DNA from: Planctomycetota bacterium
Lineage (GTDB): Bacteria; Planctomycetota; MHYJ01; WSZJ01
NCBI GenBank assembly: GCA_038060895.1
Contig: JBBTCT010000001.1
Span: forward strand, 256,001 to 320,000
DNA: 64,000 bases
Direction of reading: 5' to 3'
In this document: positions 35,562-45,038 of the stretch, in pieces
Layout of the letters: the number at the start of each line of letters is the position of its first letter
Position numbering within the stretch: position 1 is the first letter of the stretch
The notes under the pieces: model-generated
Databases searched by the model: none
What the model saw: only the letters and a program-made list of their open reading frames with translations
Told to the model about the DNA's origin: nothing
Position numbers and translations under genes: made by a program

Positions 35562-38453
35562 TTACTTATTCAACTCCTCCAGTATTCTACGCGCCAGCGC
35601 GTTCTCCGGGTCTGCCAGAATCGCCTCTTTCGCGAGTTTCCGGGCGTCCTCCAGCTTCCCCATCTTCGCGCTGCACTGCGCCTGCTCCGACTGGAACTCG
35701 CCGATCTTCTTGCCCCACTTGCCCGGTTCCGTCTTCTCCGCATCCTGCAGCAGCCCCACGCAGCACTTGAACTCGTGCCCCGCGCGCTCCCATTTCTCCT
35801 CGTCGCGGTACGCACGCCCCAGGTACGCGTGCAGCCGGGTGTCGAAGACGCCGATGAAGATCGCACTCTCCAGTGTCTTCACCAGCTTCTCACGGTCCCC
35901 GCGCTTCTTGTAGAGCTCCGCCGCGTCCAGCCGCAGCTTGAACGTGTCGTGGTCGATCGCCAGTACCTGCTCCATCTGCCTCAGCTTGTTGTCCTCGTCC
36001 TTCTTCGAGTCGTAGATCTCGATCAGCTTCGCGTAGGGGCTGTCCGAGCCAATGAAGCGTGGGAAGGAGGCCTTCGCCTCCTCGAGTGCCTTGATCGCGG
36101 CATCCCACCGTTCCGCCTTGCACAGCATCAGCGCGTACTGCCAGCGCGTCTGGAAGTCCTTCGCGCCGCCTTCGATGGCCTTGAGGTAGTACTCCGCGGC
36201 CTTGTCGAAGCGCCGTTTTTCAGGAGTTCCCATCGATTTTGCCAGGACGATCAGCGCGTCGGTGTTCGCCTCGTCGATCTTCAACGCCTTCTTCGCGAGC
36301 ATCTCGGCGTCCGCCTTCTGGTTGACCTCGTCGAGGATGCGGGCGAGCTTGCCCATCGCGTCCGCGTCCATCGGGTTGTCCTCGATGGCCGCCTGCAGCT
36401 TCTTCGCCTCCGCCTCCGTGGCGCGCACCGGCATGCGGAGGTCGGCGCGCTTCAGCCACTCCCCCACCCAGGCGCGGATTCTGTCGTCGAACTGGTCGGG
36501 CGTCACGCCGAGCGCCGTCTCGAATACCGTCGGCGTGTCTTTTCCTTCCCCGTACATCTTCAGCATCTCGACCTGCTTCTCGAATCCCCACTTCTCGGCG
36601 ATGTACGTGTGGATGAGAAACCCGTAGATGTACAGGTTCAGGAGGTCGCCCGCCTTCGCCAGGTCGTTGATCTTCGCGAGCTTCTTCGCGTGGTACGCGT
36701 TGAAGATCTCGACTTCGATCTCGCGGCTCCAGCCCGGGTAGCCCTGGCCTTCTTCATACGTGGACAGCCCTTCCGTGAACCAGCGCGGGCAGCGGTTCTT
36801 CGACAGCTGAAGCGCCCACACGTGCCCGAGTTCGTGCCAGACGACCGAGCCCCAGTTGAATTTCCCCATGACTTCCTTGGCGCGCGGGGAAAGCAGCGTG
36901 ATGACCTTGCCGAAGCAGGCGCCGAGCGCGCCGAGGCCGCTCATGCCGACGGTCCGCACGCTGAAGTCGTTATGGTTCGGGTACATGTCCGAGACGATCG
37001 GGACGAGCGGCTCGAAGTGGTACCGTTTCGAAAGCTCGTCCCACGCCCGCTCGTGCAGCTCGCAGACGTACGGGCCGATGATGTCGACCTCCTTCTTGTG
37101 CATACGGATTCGGAAGTGCTTGGTTTCGATGACGACGAAGTCCTTTGGGAACGCGTCCATCAGGGTCATCGTGTTCACGAGGCGGATGTTGAACGGGTCG
37201 CGCTCGTAGGCCTCGCTCAGGTACTTGAGCGCGGTCACTTCGTCCCCGAGCCGAAGCGCGTTCATGCCGTACTCGGTGTACGCCTCCCACAACTTCGGGT
37301 CGGCTTCGACCGCCTTCTTCAGGTAAACCTGCGCTTCGTCGAAAAGCATCTTGTTCCCGAGCGACGACCCGATCAGCATGAAGCCGAGCCCGCAATTCGG
37401 GTTGATCGACTTCAGCTCTTCCTCGACCTTCGCGCGCTCGTCCTTCTTCCCCGCCAGCTCCAGGTTCGCGGCCTTGATCGCGAGAGCCTGCACCGACTTC
37501 GGATTCAGTTTCAGCGCCTTTTTCAGCGTGTCGTCGGAAGCGGCCTGCTGCTGCATCCCCCCCAGCAGCTGCGCCTTGAAGATGAGCGCGTCGAAGAGCT
37601 TGTCGTTGATCTGCAGCGCCTGCTCAACCGCCTGCAGCGCCCGCGGCGCCGCGCCGGATTCGGCGAGCACGCGCGCCATCCCGTACATCGCCGACGCGCA
37701 TTTCGGGTTCGCCTTGAGCGCGTCCTCGTACGAGTGCTTCGCGTAGACGCCCTGGTACTTGTCCATGTAGCAGTGCCCCCAGAAGGCGAGCACTTCGTCG
37801 TCCGGCGAATCCTCGGCGTCGAGCGCCTCGTTCAGGAGGTTCCCGCCGTCCACGATCGAGTGGATCAGGTCCTTGTCGCCCCTGCGCAGCGCGAGCATCC
37901 AGAGCCCGCGAGCGATCGTGAGTTTCTGCATCCCCGTCAGCCTCGTCGCCTTCGTCACGTACTCGGAGAACCACTCGAGCGCCTTCTCCGCGTCGTCGCC
38001 CTTCCCCGTCTCGAGCAGAATCGTCCCCAGCGCCACGCGGGCGTTGAGCGCCGTCACATCTTTCTCCAGGGTCTCCTTCGCAAGCTTCACCCCTTCCTCG
38101 TACCGCCCCGACCACGCCATCAGCTCCGCCAGCCGCCCCTTCGCTTCTATCGCCGGCTCGCTGTTCTCGATGACCTTGCGGAACTGCTCTTCCGCGCTCT
38201 TGGGCTCGCCGAGCGTGACGTGCACGCGCCCGAGGATCGTCCGCGCTTCGAAGTCCTCGGTGTTCTCCTTGATGTGCTTTTTCAGCAGCTCCTTGGCTTC
38301 CTCGATCTTCCCCTGGTTGAGAAGCGCCAGCGATTCCGCGCGCTCCTTGCCGCCTTTCGAAGTGTCATCCGGTTTCGGCGGCGGCGGCGCTTCCTCGGCG
38401 GAAAGCCTGAGAACAAGGAAGGCGGAAGCGGCGAGGGTGGCGAGAAGGCGCAT
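35562..38453 (-). CDS. secreted TPR-repeat protein with internal zincin (peptidase MA-like) domain
   Basis: Signal peptide; many TPRs; LGACFG, WHELGH and PRWFTEGLSTYEE motifs. Confidence 0.88.
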   Translation of the reverse strand: MRLLATLAASAFLVLRLSAEEAPPPPKPDDTSKGGKERAESLALLNQGKIEEAKELLKKHIKENTEDFEARTILGRVHVTLGEPKSAEEQFRKVIENSEPAIEAKGRLAELMAWSGRYEEGVKLAKETLEKDVTALNARVALGTILLETGKGDDAEKALEWFSEYVTKATRLTGMQKLTIARGLWMLALRRGDKDLIHSIVDGGNLLNEALDAEDSPDDEVLAFWGHCYMDKYQGVYAKHSYEDALKANPKCASAMYGMARVLAESGAAPRALQAVEQALQINDKLFDALIFKAQLLGGMQQQAASDDTLKKALKLNPKSVQALAIKAANLELAGKKDERAKVEEELKSINPNCGLGFMLIGSSLGNKMLFDEAQVYLKKAVEADPKLWEAYTEYGMNALRLGDEVTALKYLSEAYERDPFNIRLVNTMTLMDAFPKDFVVIETKHFRIRMHKKEVDIIGPYVCELHERAWDELSKRYHFEPLVPIVSDMYPNHNDFSVRTVGMSGLGALGACFGKVITLLSPRAKEVMGKFNWGSVVWHELGHVWALQLSKNRCPRWFTEGLSTYEEGQGYPGWSREIEVEIFNAYHAKKLAKINDLAKAGDLLNLYIYGFLIHTYIAEKWGFEKQVEMLKMYGEGKDTPTVFETALGVTPDQFDDRIRAWVGEWLKRADLRMPVRATEAEAKKLQAAIEDNPMDADAMGKLARILDEVNQKADAEMLAKKALKIDEANTDALIVLAKSMGTPEKRRFDKAAEYYLKAIEGGAKDFQTRWQYALMLCKAERWDAAIKALEEAKASFPRFIGSDSPYAKLIEIYDSKKDEDNKLRQMEQVLAIDHDTFKLRLDAAELYKKRGDREKLVKTLESAIFIGVFDTRLHAYLGRAYRDEEKWERAGHEFKCCVGLLQDAEKTEPGKWGKKIGEFQSEQAQCSAKMGKLEDARKLAKEAILADPENALARRILEELNK

Positions 38454-38528
38454 GGAAGGGCTCCGATGGGGTGCTGGCGTTACTAGTATAGACGCAGGTG
38501 ATACGGGAGTGTTCGCGGGAAGGCGGAG

Positions 38529-38693
38529 AAAAGGACAACTTCAATCAGCAACTTCAACTTACAAGTTTCAAGCAAAGGGAGAACTTCAAGACGACGAACT
38601 TCAACCGGCGGTGATGCGAGGTCCTGCCGTTTGAAAGTTGAAGTTCGTCGTTTGCTTGAAAGTTGTGAGTTGTGAGTTGAAGTTCGCCGTTTT
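38529..38693. repeat. repeat-armed palindrome (AACTTC/AACTYAC units)
   Basis: ACAACTTCAATCAGCAACTTCAACTTACAAG...GTTGTGAGTTGTGAGTTGAAGTTCGCCGTTTT; homologous to 43986-44090. Confidence 0.9.
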
Positions 38694-38741
38694 CGGCCGT
38701 TCGACCCACAACATCCCTCCGGCTCCGCTATCATCCATCCC

Positions 38742-39512
38742 ATGACCACCCCCGCCGCTCCTCCCACCCTCCGCAACATGGACCTCGAGGAACACCTCAA
38801 CGACCCCTCGAAGAAGCAGCACTACGTCACCACGATGTTCGACATCATCGCGCCGAAGTACGACTGGTTCACGCGGGCGTTCTCGTTCGGGATGGATTCG
38901 GCCTGGAAGAAGGAGCTGCTGGGGCACGTGAAGGACAAGGTGAAGCCCGACGGGAACTGCATCGACCTCGCCAGCGGCACCGGCGACCTGTCCGTCGCTG
39001 TCTCAAAGATCGTCCCCCAGGGGCGCGAAACCGGGATCGACATCTCCCCCGAAATGGTCAAGATCGCCAAAGCGCGCATCGAAAAGGACGGCGTCCCCAA
39101 CGTCACCTTCCAGGTCGGCGACATGACCGCCATCGACCTCCCCGACGCCTCCGTCGACCTCGTCACCATCGGCTACGGCCTGCGCAACGTTCCCGACTTC
39201 AAGGCCGCCCTCCGCCAGATCGCCCGCGTCCTCAAACCCGGCGGCATCCTCGCCAACCTCGACTTCGCCCGCCCCCGCAACGGCCTGTGGCGCTTCATGT
39301 ATCTCACCTACCTCACCATCACCGGCAACATCGCCGGCTGGTGGATGCACGGCGAGGGCGCCGTTTACGGCTACATCTCGCGCTCGATCGCCAAGTTCGT
39401 GACGTGGCAGGACCTAAGCAAAGCGATGGAGGAATGCGGGCTGGAAGTGCTGGTCACGAGCCCGAAGCTGCTGGGCGGGGTGTGCCTGCACGTCGCGCGG
39501 CGCAAGGCCTAG
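38742..39512 (+). CDS. ubiE: UbiE/MenG family quinone C-methyltransferase
   Basis: MFDIIAPKYD..TRAFSFGMD..WK, DLASGTGD, GYGLRNV and RVLKPGG motifs. Confidence 0.85.
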   Translation: MTTPAAPPTLRNMDLEEHLNDPSKKQHYVTTMFDIIAPKYDWFTRAFSFGMDSAWKKELLGHVKDKVKPDGNCIDLASGTGDLSVAVSKIVPQGRETGIDISPEMVKIAKARIEKDGVPNVTFQVGDMTAIDLPDASVDLVTIGYGLRNVPDFKAALRQIARVLKPGGILANLDFARPRNGLWRFMYLTYLTITGNIAGWWMHGEGAVYGYISRSIAKFVTWQDLSKAMEECGLEVLVTSPKLLGGVCLHVARRKA

Positions 39513-39883
39513 GTTTTCGCTTCGACCCGCACGAACAGCCGCTTCGGCGCTTCGTCGAAGTACTTGAAGAGCGCCGGGCAGAGCCATCCTTCCATCGACG
39601 CCTGCGTCCAGCGGTACCAGTTGCCGCCCATTTCTTCGCGCGCCCAGGCCAGTTCGGCCATGGCGCCGGGGAACGGACCGGGGGCGAAGAGCAGCCGGAA
39701 GCCCTTTTCGGCGGCGGGAATATCCGCGGTGAGGCGTTCGATCATCTCGGGAATCCCGGACACGAACGGCTCCTGGACAAGACCGGCGGCAGGGTCGTCG
39801 AAGACCCACATGCCGTTGGTTTTGAAGGGGTTGATGACGTGGAGAAAGTTGGCCACAGCGAGAGTGTAGCGCGCGGGGTCCAT
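39509..39883 (-). CDS. DUF6717-like hypothetical protein
   Basis: WVFDD...GLVQEPFVSG, F.LLF...PFPG and GWLCPALFKYF..AP motifs. Confidence 0.75.
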   Translation of the reverse strand: MDPARYTLAVANFLHVINPFKTNGMWVFDDPAAGLVQEPFVSGIPEMIERLTADIPAAEKGFRLLFAPGPFPGAMAELAWAREEMGGNWYRWTQASMEGWLCPALFKYFDEAPKRLFVRVEAKT

Positions 39884-39941
39884 TGACGCAGCGCGTCAAT
39901 CGGAGTCCAGAGCCTCTGCCAGCCTCCGCCAGCCTGCCCTT

Positions 39942-42077
39942 CTACAGCCTGATGGGCAGCGACCGCACCCTCTTCTTCGTCAGCATGAACAGCGCATTCG
40001 CCACGGCCGGCGCAATCGGCGGCACGCCCGGCTCGCCCACGCCGCCCATCGGGTCAGTGCTTTCAATGATGTGAACGTCGATCTTCGGCATCTCCGTCAT
40101 GCGGAGGATCGCGTAGTTGTGGAAGTTCGACTGCTCGACCTCGCCCTGGCTGAACGTGATCTCGCCCTTCAGCGCCGCTGACAGGCCGTAGACGATGCCG
40201 GACTGGATCTGCGCCTCGACCGTGTCGGGATTCACGACAGGGCCGCAGTCGACGGCGGAGACGACGCGGTGGACGCGGACCTTGCCGTTTTCGACGGAGA
40301 CCTCGACGGCGTGGGCGACGAACGAGCCGAACGATTCGTGCACCGCGACTCCGGCCGCGTGCGCGACGGGAAGCTCGTTCCCCCAGCCGAATTCACCGGC
40401 GGCTTTCTCGAGGACGCGTTTGTGGCGCGGATGGTCCTTGAGCAGGTCGAGGCGGTAGTTGACCGGGTCGATCCCGGCCGCCCAGGCCAGTTCGTCGATG
40501 AAGCACTCCACGACGAACGCCGTGTGCGTGTGACCGACGGAGCGCCACCAGAGGACCGTGACGGGCGACTTCGGCGAGTGCAGCTCTACGCGGTGGTCGG
40601 GGATCGACGACAGGTACGGCGAATTCGCCGCGCCCTCGACGGACGTCACGTCCACGCCGTCCTTGATCATCATCGCGCCGAAGGGCGTCCCTTCCATGAT
40701 CGACTGGCCGACGAGCGTGTGCGACCAGGCGGCGGGCATTTTCTTTTCGTTCAGCGTCGCGCGGATCCGGCTCGTCCACATCGGGCGGTAGTACCCGCCG
40801 CGGATGTCGTCCTCGCGCGACCATTGGACCTGCACCGGCACCTTCATGGCTTTCGCGACCTCGCACGCTTCCGAGACGAAATCGGCCCGCGGGTTTGCGC
40901 GACGGCCGAAGCCGCCCCCGAGGAAGGGCGTGTGGACGCGCACCTTGTCGGCCTTGAGCCCGAGAATCTTTGCCGCTGCCGCCTGGTCGATCCCCGGCGA
41001 CTGCGTCCCCGTCCAGATGTCGCACCCGTCCTCGCCGATCTCCACCGTGCAGTTCAGCGGCTCCATCGGCGCGTGTGCGAGGTACGGCAGCTCAAACTCG
41101 GCCTCGATCACCTTTCCCGCCTTCGCCAGCGCGGCCTCCGCATCTCCCTTCTCCGCCGCCTTCGCGCCCCTGGTCTTCGCCAGCGCGCGGTACTCCTCCT
41201 TCATCTTCGCCGTCGACAATCCGGCTCCATCGCCGCGATCCCATTCCACCACCACCGCCGCCGCCGCGCGCCGCGCCGCCCACGAATTCTTCGCCACGAC
41301 CGCAACCCCGCCCGGGATCTCGATGATGTCGACTACATTCGGAAGCGACCGCGCGACGTCGCACTGGAAGCCCTTCACCTTCCCGCCGAATGGAGGCCTC
41401 AGGATCGCCGCGTACAGCATCCCCGGCCGCTTCACGTCCATCCCGAATTCCGCCTTCCCCGTCACCTTGTCGGGCGTGTCCAGACGCTTGACCCGCTTCC
41501 CGATGAGCTTCCAGTCCTTCTCCTCCTTGAGAGCGACTTCCTTCGGGGCCTTGAGCTTCGAAGCGGCCTCCGCGAGGTCGCCGTAGGAGAGGCGGTTTCC
41601 GCCGTTGACGACGAAACCGTTCTCCGTCGTGCAGGCCTTCGAGTCGATGCCCCATCTGTCCGCCGCGGCCGCGATAAGCATCGCGCGCGCCGTCGCCCCC
41701 GCCTTGCGAAGCTGAGTGAACGACTCCCACGTCGACGTCGAACCGCCCGTGATCTGCATGCCGAACGCCGTGTGGAAATACTGCGGCGCCGCGGGCGCGT
41801 GTTCGCTCTTCACGTTCTTCCAGTCGCAGCCGAGTTCCTCGGCGATGACCATCGGAAGCGACGTCGCGACCCCCTGGCCCATTTCGACGTGCTTGAGCAG
41901 GACGGTCACCGTGTTGTCAGGTGCGATCCGCAGGAACGCGTTCAGCGAAGCGCCGCCCCCCGCGGGCGGTTCGGCCAGCAGGCGCTTCCCGCCCCCGGGA
42001 AGGAAAAACCCGATCACCAGCCCGGCCGCAGAGGTCGCGAGAAAATCGCGCCGCGTCATCGAGGAGTTCGTGCCCAT
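39942..42077 (-). CDS. iorB: xanthine dehydrogenase family molybdopterin subunit (isoquinoline 1-oxidoreductase beta-like)
   Basis: Tat motif TRRDFL; EMGQG, TGGSTS, HAPMEP, GGGFGRR, WWRSVG and GGVGEPG motifs. Confidence 0.9.
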   Translation of the reverse strand: MGTNSSMTRRDFLATSAAGLVIGFFLPGGGKRLLAEPPAGGGASLNAFLRIAPDNTVTVLLKHVEMGQGVATSLPMVIAEELGCDWKNVKSEHAPAAPQYFHTAFGMQITGGSTSTWESFTQLRKAGATARAMLIAAAADRWGIDSKACTTENGFVVNGGNRLSYGDLAEAASKLKAPKEVALKEEKDWKLIGKRVKRLDTPDKVTGKAEFGMDVKRPGMLYAAILRPPFGGKVKGFQCDVARSLPNVVDIIEIPGGVAVVAKNSWAARRAAAAVVVEWDRGDGAGLSTAKMKEEYRALAKTRGAKAAEKGDAEAALAKAGKVIEAEFELPYLAHAPMEPLNCTVEIGEDGCDIWTGTQSPGIDQAAAAKILGLKADKVRVHTPFLGGGFGRRANPRADFVSEACEVAKAMKVPVQVQWSREDDIRGGYYRPMWTSRIRATLNEKKMPAAWSHTLVGQSIMEGTPFGAMMIKDGVDVTSVEGAANSPYLSSIPDHRVELHSPKSPVTVLWWRSVGHTHTAFVVECFIDELAWAAGIDPVNYRLDLLKDHPRHKRVLEKAAGEFGWGNELPVAHAAGVAVHESFGSFVAHAVEVSVENGKVRVHRVVSAVDCGPVVNPDTVEAQIQSGIVYGLSAALKGEITFSQGEVEQSNFHNYAILRMTEMPKIDVHIIESTDPMGGVGEPGVPPIAPAVANALFMLTKKRVRSLPIRL

Positions 42078-42079
42078 TG

Positions 42080-42535
42080 TTATTTCCCCCCCCTGATCTC
42101 GACGGCGCGCTTCACCGCCCCGCGGATCCGCTGGTACGTTCCGCACCGGCAGAGATTTCCCATCAGGGCCTTGTCGATGTCGTCATCGCTCGGGTTCGCG
42201 TTCGATTCGAGAAGGGCGGAAGCGGCCATGACCTGCCCGGGCTGGCAGTAGCCGCACTGCGCGACGTCCAATTCGCACCAGGCTTTTACGACCGGGCTGT
42301 CGCCCGCCGCGACGCCCTCGATCGTCGTCACCGACTTCCCCGCCACGTCTCCGCCGCGTGTCGCGCACGATCGCGCTGCCTTCCCGTCCACCTGCACGGT
42401 GCAGGCGCCGCACAGTCCCATCCCGCAGCCGAACTTGGTTCCGGTCAGGCCGAGCGCGTCGCGCAAGACCCAGAGAAGCGGCATGTCGTCGGGAACCGCG
42501 ACTTCCTGCGGTTTGCCGTTGAGAGTGAATTTCAT
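42080..42535 (-). CDS. iorA: (2Fe-2S)-binding subunit (isoquinoline 1-oxidoreductase alpha-like)
   Basis: [24 protein letters not shown] and NLCRCGTY motifs. Confidence 0.93.
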   Translation of the reverse strand: MKFTLNGKPQEVAVPDDMPLLWVLRDALGLTGTKFGCGMGLCGACTVQVDGKAARSCATRGGDVAGKSVTTIEGVAAGDSPVVKAWCELDVAQCGYCQPGQVMAASALLESNANPSDDDIDKALMGNLCRCGTYQRIRGAVKRAVEIRGGK

Positions 42536-42564
42536 GGGCGGGGCTCCTGGGTTGAAGATCGCTT

Positions 42565-42693
42565 TATCCGCGGTCGTTTCCGCGACATCCGGACCTTATC
42601 CGCGAAATCGTTTTCCTGAAAGTCGCGGTGCCGGATTTAATTTCAAAAAGAGTTCGCGGAGGAAAGCGGATCTCGCGGAAACGGCCGCGGATA
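42565..42693. repeat. repeat-armed palindrome (TCCGCG units)
   Basis: TATCCGCGGTCGTTTCCGCGACATCCG...CGGATCTCGCGGAAACGGCCGCGGATA. Confidence 0.85.
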
Positions 42694-42708
42694 CGGCCAG
42701 ACCCGGCC

Positions 42709-43911
42709 CTAGTAATCCCTCGGCAACTGCCGTCTCTTTGCCATCTTCCCCCTCAACCCGCTCTGCTGCTGGCCCGGCCGGTTGATCGTGCCGCTCGACT
42801 TGGCCGAAGGGGCCTGCGAAGCATTGGGCTGCGGATAGCTGCCCGCGGGCGGAATCGGAACGGCCGGCGGATACGCAGGCGGATTCAGGACCGCCTCGAG
42901 GTCCGTGACGAGCTCCGACGGCGTCTGGTAGCGGCGGGCGCGATCCTTCGCGAGCATCTTGAGCACGATCCCCGCCGCAAATTCGGAAAGGATCGGGTTC
43001 AGCTCGCGCGGGTTGCGCGCCGGCTCGTTGAGATGTCGCGCGATCACCACGGCCGCAGACTCGCTGAAGAACGGCACCTGGCCGGTCACCATGTGGAAGA
43101 ACGTCGCGCCCAGCGAATAGATGTCGCTTCGGATGTCCACGTCGTGCTCGCCGCGCGCCTGCTCCGGCGAAATGTAGTTCGGCGTCCCCATCGACACGCC
43201 GGCTTCCGACAGGTCGGGCGCTTCGTCCCGCGACACCTTCGCGAGCCCGAGGTCGCACAGCTTCGCCTGCCCCGTCCGCGTCAGCATCACGTTGTCCGGC
43301 TTCACGTCGCGGTGCACAAGCCCGTGCTTCTGGGCGTGCTCCAGCGCCTTCGCCGTCTGAAGGATCACCTGCACGCTCCGCTTTTCGTCGAGCGCCCCGC
43401 CGCGGCGCAGCAGCTGCCCCACCGTCGGGCCGTCCACATACTCCATCGCAAAATAGTGGATCCCGTTCGACTCACCGACGTCGATCCCCTGGATGATGTT
43501 CGAATGGTTCAGCTTCGCAACCGCACGCGCTTCACGGAAAAACCGCTCCACGAAACGCGTGTTCTGGCCGTATTTCGGCGCCAGCACCTTCAGCGCGACG
43601 ACGCGGTCCATGCTGATCTGAAGCGCCTTGAAGACGCTTCCCATCGCCCCCTGCCCGATCCGGGCGAGGATGCGGTAGTTCTGGATGTGGGTGTGTCCGC
43701 CTCGGGAGCCCTGTGTGCGGAAGACCTGCTCGGCCTGCTCGCGCGTGATCATCTCGGCCTCGACGAGCAGGTCGCCGAGACGGCGCATCGGGCCGCCGGT
43801 GGACTGGAGTTCCTTCTGCACGGTCAGGCACTCGTTGACCTGGGAAACGGTCACGAGGCCCATGCCGACGGCGATCGCTCCGAACATCGTCTCGTGGCGA
43901 CTTTCGCTCAC
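42709..43911 (-). CDS. Ser/Thr protein kinase (cytoplasmic)
   Basis: GQGAMG, VALK, HRDVKPDN, DLGLA and GTPNYISPEQ motifs; GTG start. Confidence 0.93.
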   Translation of the reverse strand: MSESRHETMFGAIAVGMGLVTVSQVNECLTVQKELQSTGGPMRRLGDLLVEAEMITREQAEQVFRTQGSRGGHTHIQNYRILARIGQGAMGSVFKALQISMDRVVALKVLAPKYGQNTRFVERFFREARAVAKLNHSNIIQGIDVGESNGIHYFAMEYVDGPTVGQLLRRGGALDEKRSVQVILQTAKALEHAQKHGLVHRDVKPDNVMLTRTGQAKLCDLGLAKVSRDEAPDLSEAGVSMGTPNYISPEQARGEHDVDIRSDIYSLGATFFHMVTGQVPFFSESAAVVIARHLNEPARNPRELNPILSEFAAGIVLKMLAKDRARRYQTPSELVTDLEAVLNPPAYPPAVPIPPAGSYPQPNASQAPSAKSSGTINRPGQQQSGLRGKMAKRRQLPRDY

Positions 43912-43985
43912 GGTGCACTCCGAGGTGGTAGGCCGAACATTCTAGCAGGCGGGGGTAGAAGGGCGGCAAGGTGTGCCGCTGCGCG

Positions 43986-44090
43986 GAAAACGGCGAACTT
44001 CAACTTACAATTTTCAAGCAAACTGAGAACTCCAATTTTCAACTTCAAGGTGGTACTCGCAGATCCTGGAAGTTGAAGTTCGCTGTCTTC
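43986..44090. repeat. repeat-armed palindrome, second copy of the AACTTC family (opposite orientation to 38529-38693)
   Basis: GAAAACGGCGAACTTCAACTTACAATTTTCAAGCAAAC...GAAGTTGAAGTTCGCTGTCTTC. Confidence 0.9.
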
Positions 44091-44115
44091 GCGCGCGCTT
44101 CCTATCATCACGCTC

Positions 44116-44994
44116 ATGAGCTTCCCTGACCGTCTCCTCGCCGCCGTCCGCGCTTCCGGGTCCGTCGCCGTCGTCGGCCTCGACCCGCGCCCCGACCAGC
44201 TTCCCGCCGAGTTCGCGGGCGGCAAGCCCGCCGACGCGATTGCGGCGTTCAACATGGCGCTTCTCGACGCGATTGCCGGGAAGTGCTGCGCGGTGAAACC
44301 GAACGCGGCGTTCTACGAGCGGCTCGGGCCGTCGGGGATGGTGGCGCTGGCGGTCACGCTGAAGTACGCCCGGGAGCGCGGGATGCTGACGATCGCGGAC
44401 GTGAAGCGTTGCGACGTGACGGACACGGCGAAGGCGTACGCGGAATGGTGCTCGGCGTGGGGGTGCGACGCGATCACCGCGGCGCCGTGGCTCGGGGCGG
44501 ACTCGAGCCTGCCGTTCGTGGAGGCATGCAACGCGGGCGGGACGGGTGTCTTCTTCCTCGTCAAGACGTCGAACGCGGGAAGCGGCGATTTCCAGGACAG
44601 GGAGATTTCGGGCGAGCCGCTCTACCTCCATGTCGGGCGGGCCGTTGCAAAGTGGGGCGAAGGGGCGGGGGCGTGGAGTCCCGTCGGCGCGGTGGTCGGC
44701 GCGACGCATCCGGAGCAGGCCGCAAAGATCCGCGGCGCGATGCCCCGGACGATTTTCCTCGTCCCGGGGTACGGCGCGCAGGGCGGCACGGCCGCCGGAG
44801 TCCGAGCGGCTGCCGACGCAAAAGGCGACGGCGTCATCGCCGTGGCAGGCAGGAGCGTCGCGATGGCCTGGACGCGCGAACCGTGGAAATCGAAGTTCGG
44901 CGAGTCGAAATGGAGGGAGGCCGTCGCGGCCTCTCTCGACGACATGAACCGCGATCTGGCGGGCGCGGGCGTGGCAAAAGGATGGCTGGCCTGA
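44116..44994 (+). CDS. pyrF: orotidine-5'-phosphate decarboxylase
   Basis: VVGLDP, VKPNAAFYE, D.K..D...T, LVKTSN, GAVVGAT and LVPGYGAQGG motifs. Confidence 0.93.
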   Translation: MSFPDRLLAAVRASGSVAVVGLDPRPDQLPAEFAGGKPADAIAAFNMALLDAIAGKCCAVKPNAAFYERLGPSGMVALAVTLKYARERGMLTIADVKRCDVTDTAKAYAEWCSAWGCDAITAAPWLGADSSLPFVEACNAGGTGVFFLVKTSNAGSGDFQDREISGEPLYLHVGRAVAKWGEGAGAWSPVGAVVGATHPEQAAKIRGAMPRTIFLVPGYGAQGGTAAGVRAAADAKGDGVIAVAGRSVAMAWTREPWKSKFGESKWREAVAASLDDMNRDLAGAGVAKGWLA

Positions 44995-45038
44995 CCCCGC
45001 CCGCCCGCCGATCCCGCGCGCCCGCTACAATCGGGGCC

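Noticed and set aside
35175-38486. 1103-aa plus-strand ORF, and other long antisense ORFs such as 13916-16822 and 48122-50776
   Set aside because: Shadow ORFs opposite well-supported genes, as expected from high-GC codon bias; no recognisable motifs.
38529-38693. Repeated GAACTTCAA units as a mini-CRISPR array
   Set aside because: Units are too short, irregularly spaced and inverted halfway through; this is a palindrome.
39905-39941. Short GCCAGCCT-type tandem repeat after the iorB stop
   Set aside because: Only about three degenerate units, with no mirror arm or terminal motif.
44395-44430. pyrF motif DVKRCDVTDT deviates from DxKRGDIxxT
   Set aside because: The catalytic Asp-Lys-Asp residues are retained; likely neutral divergence.
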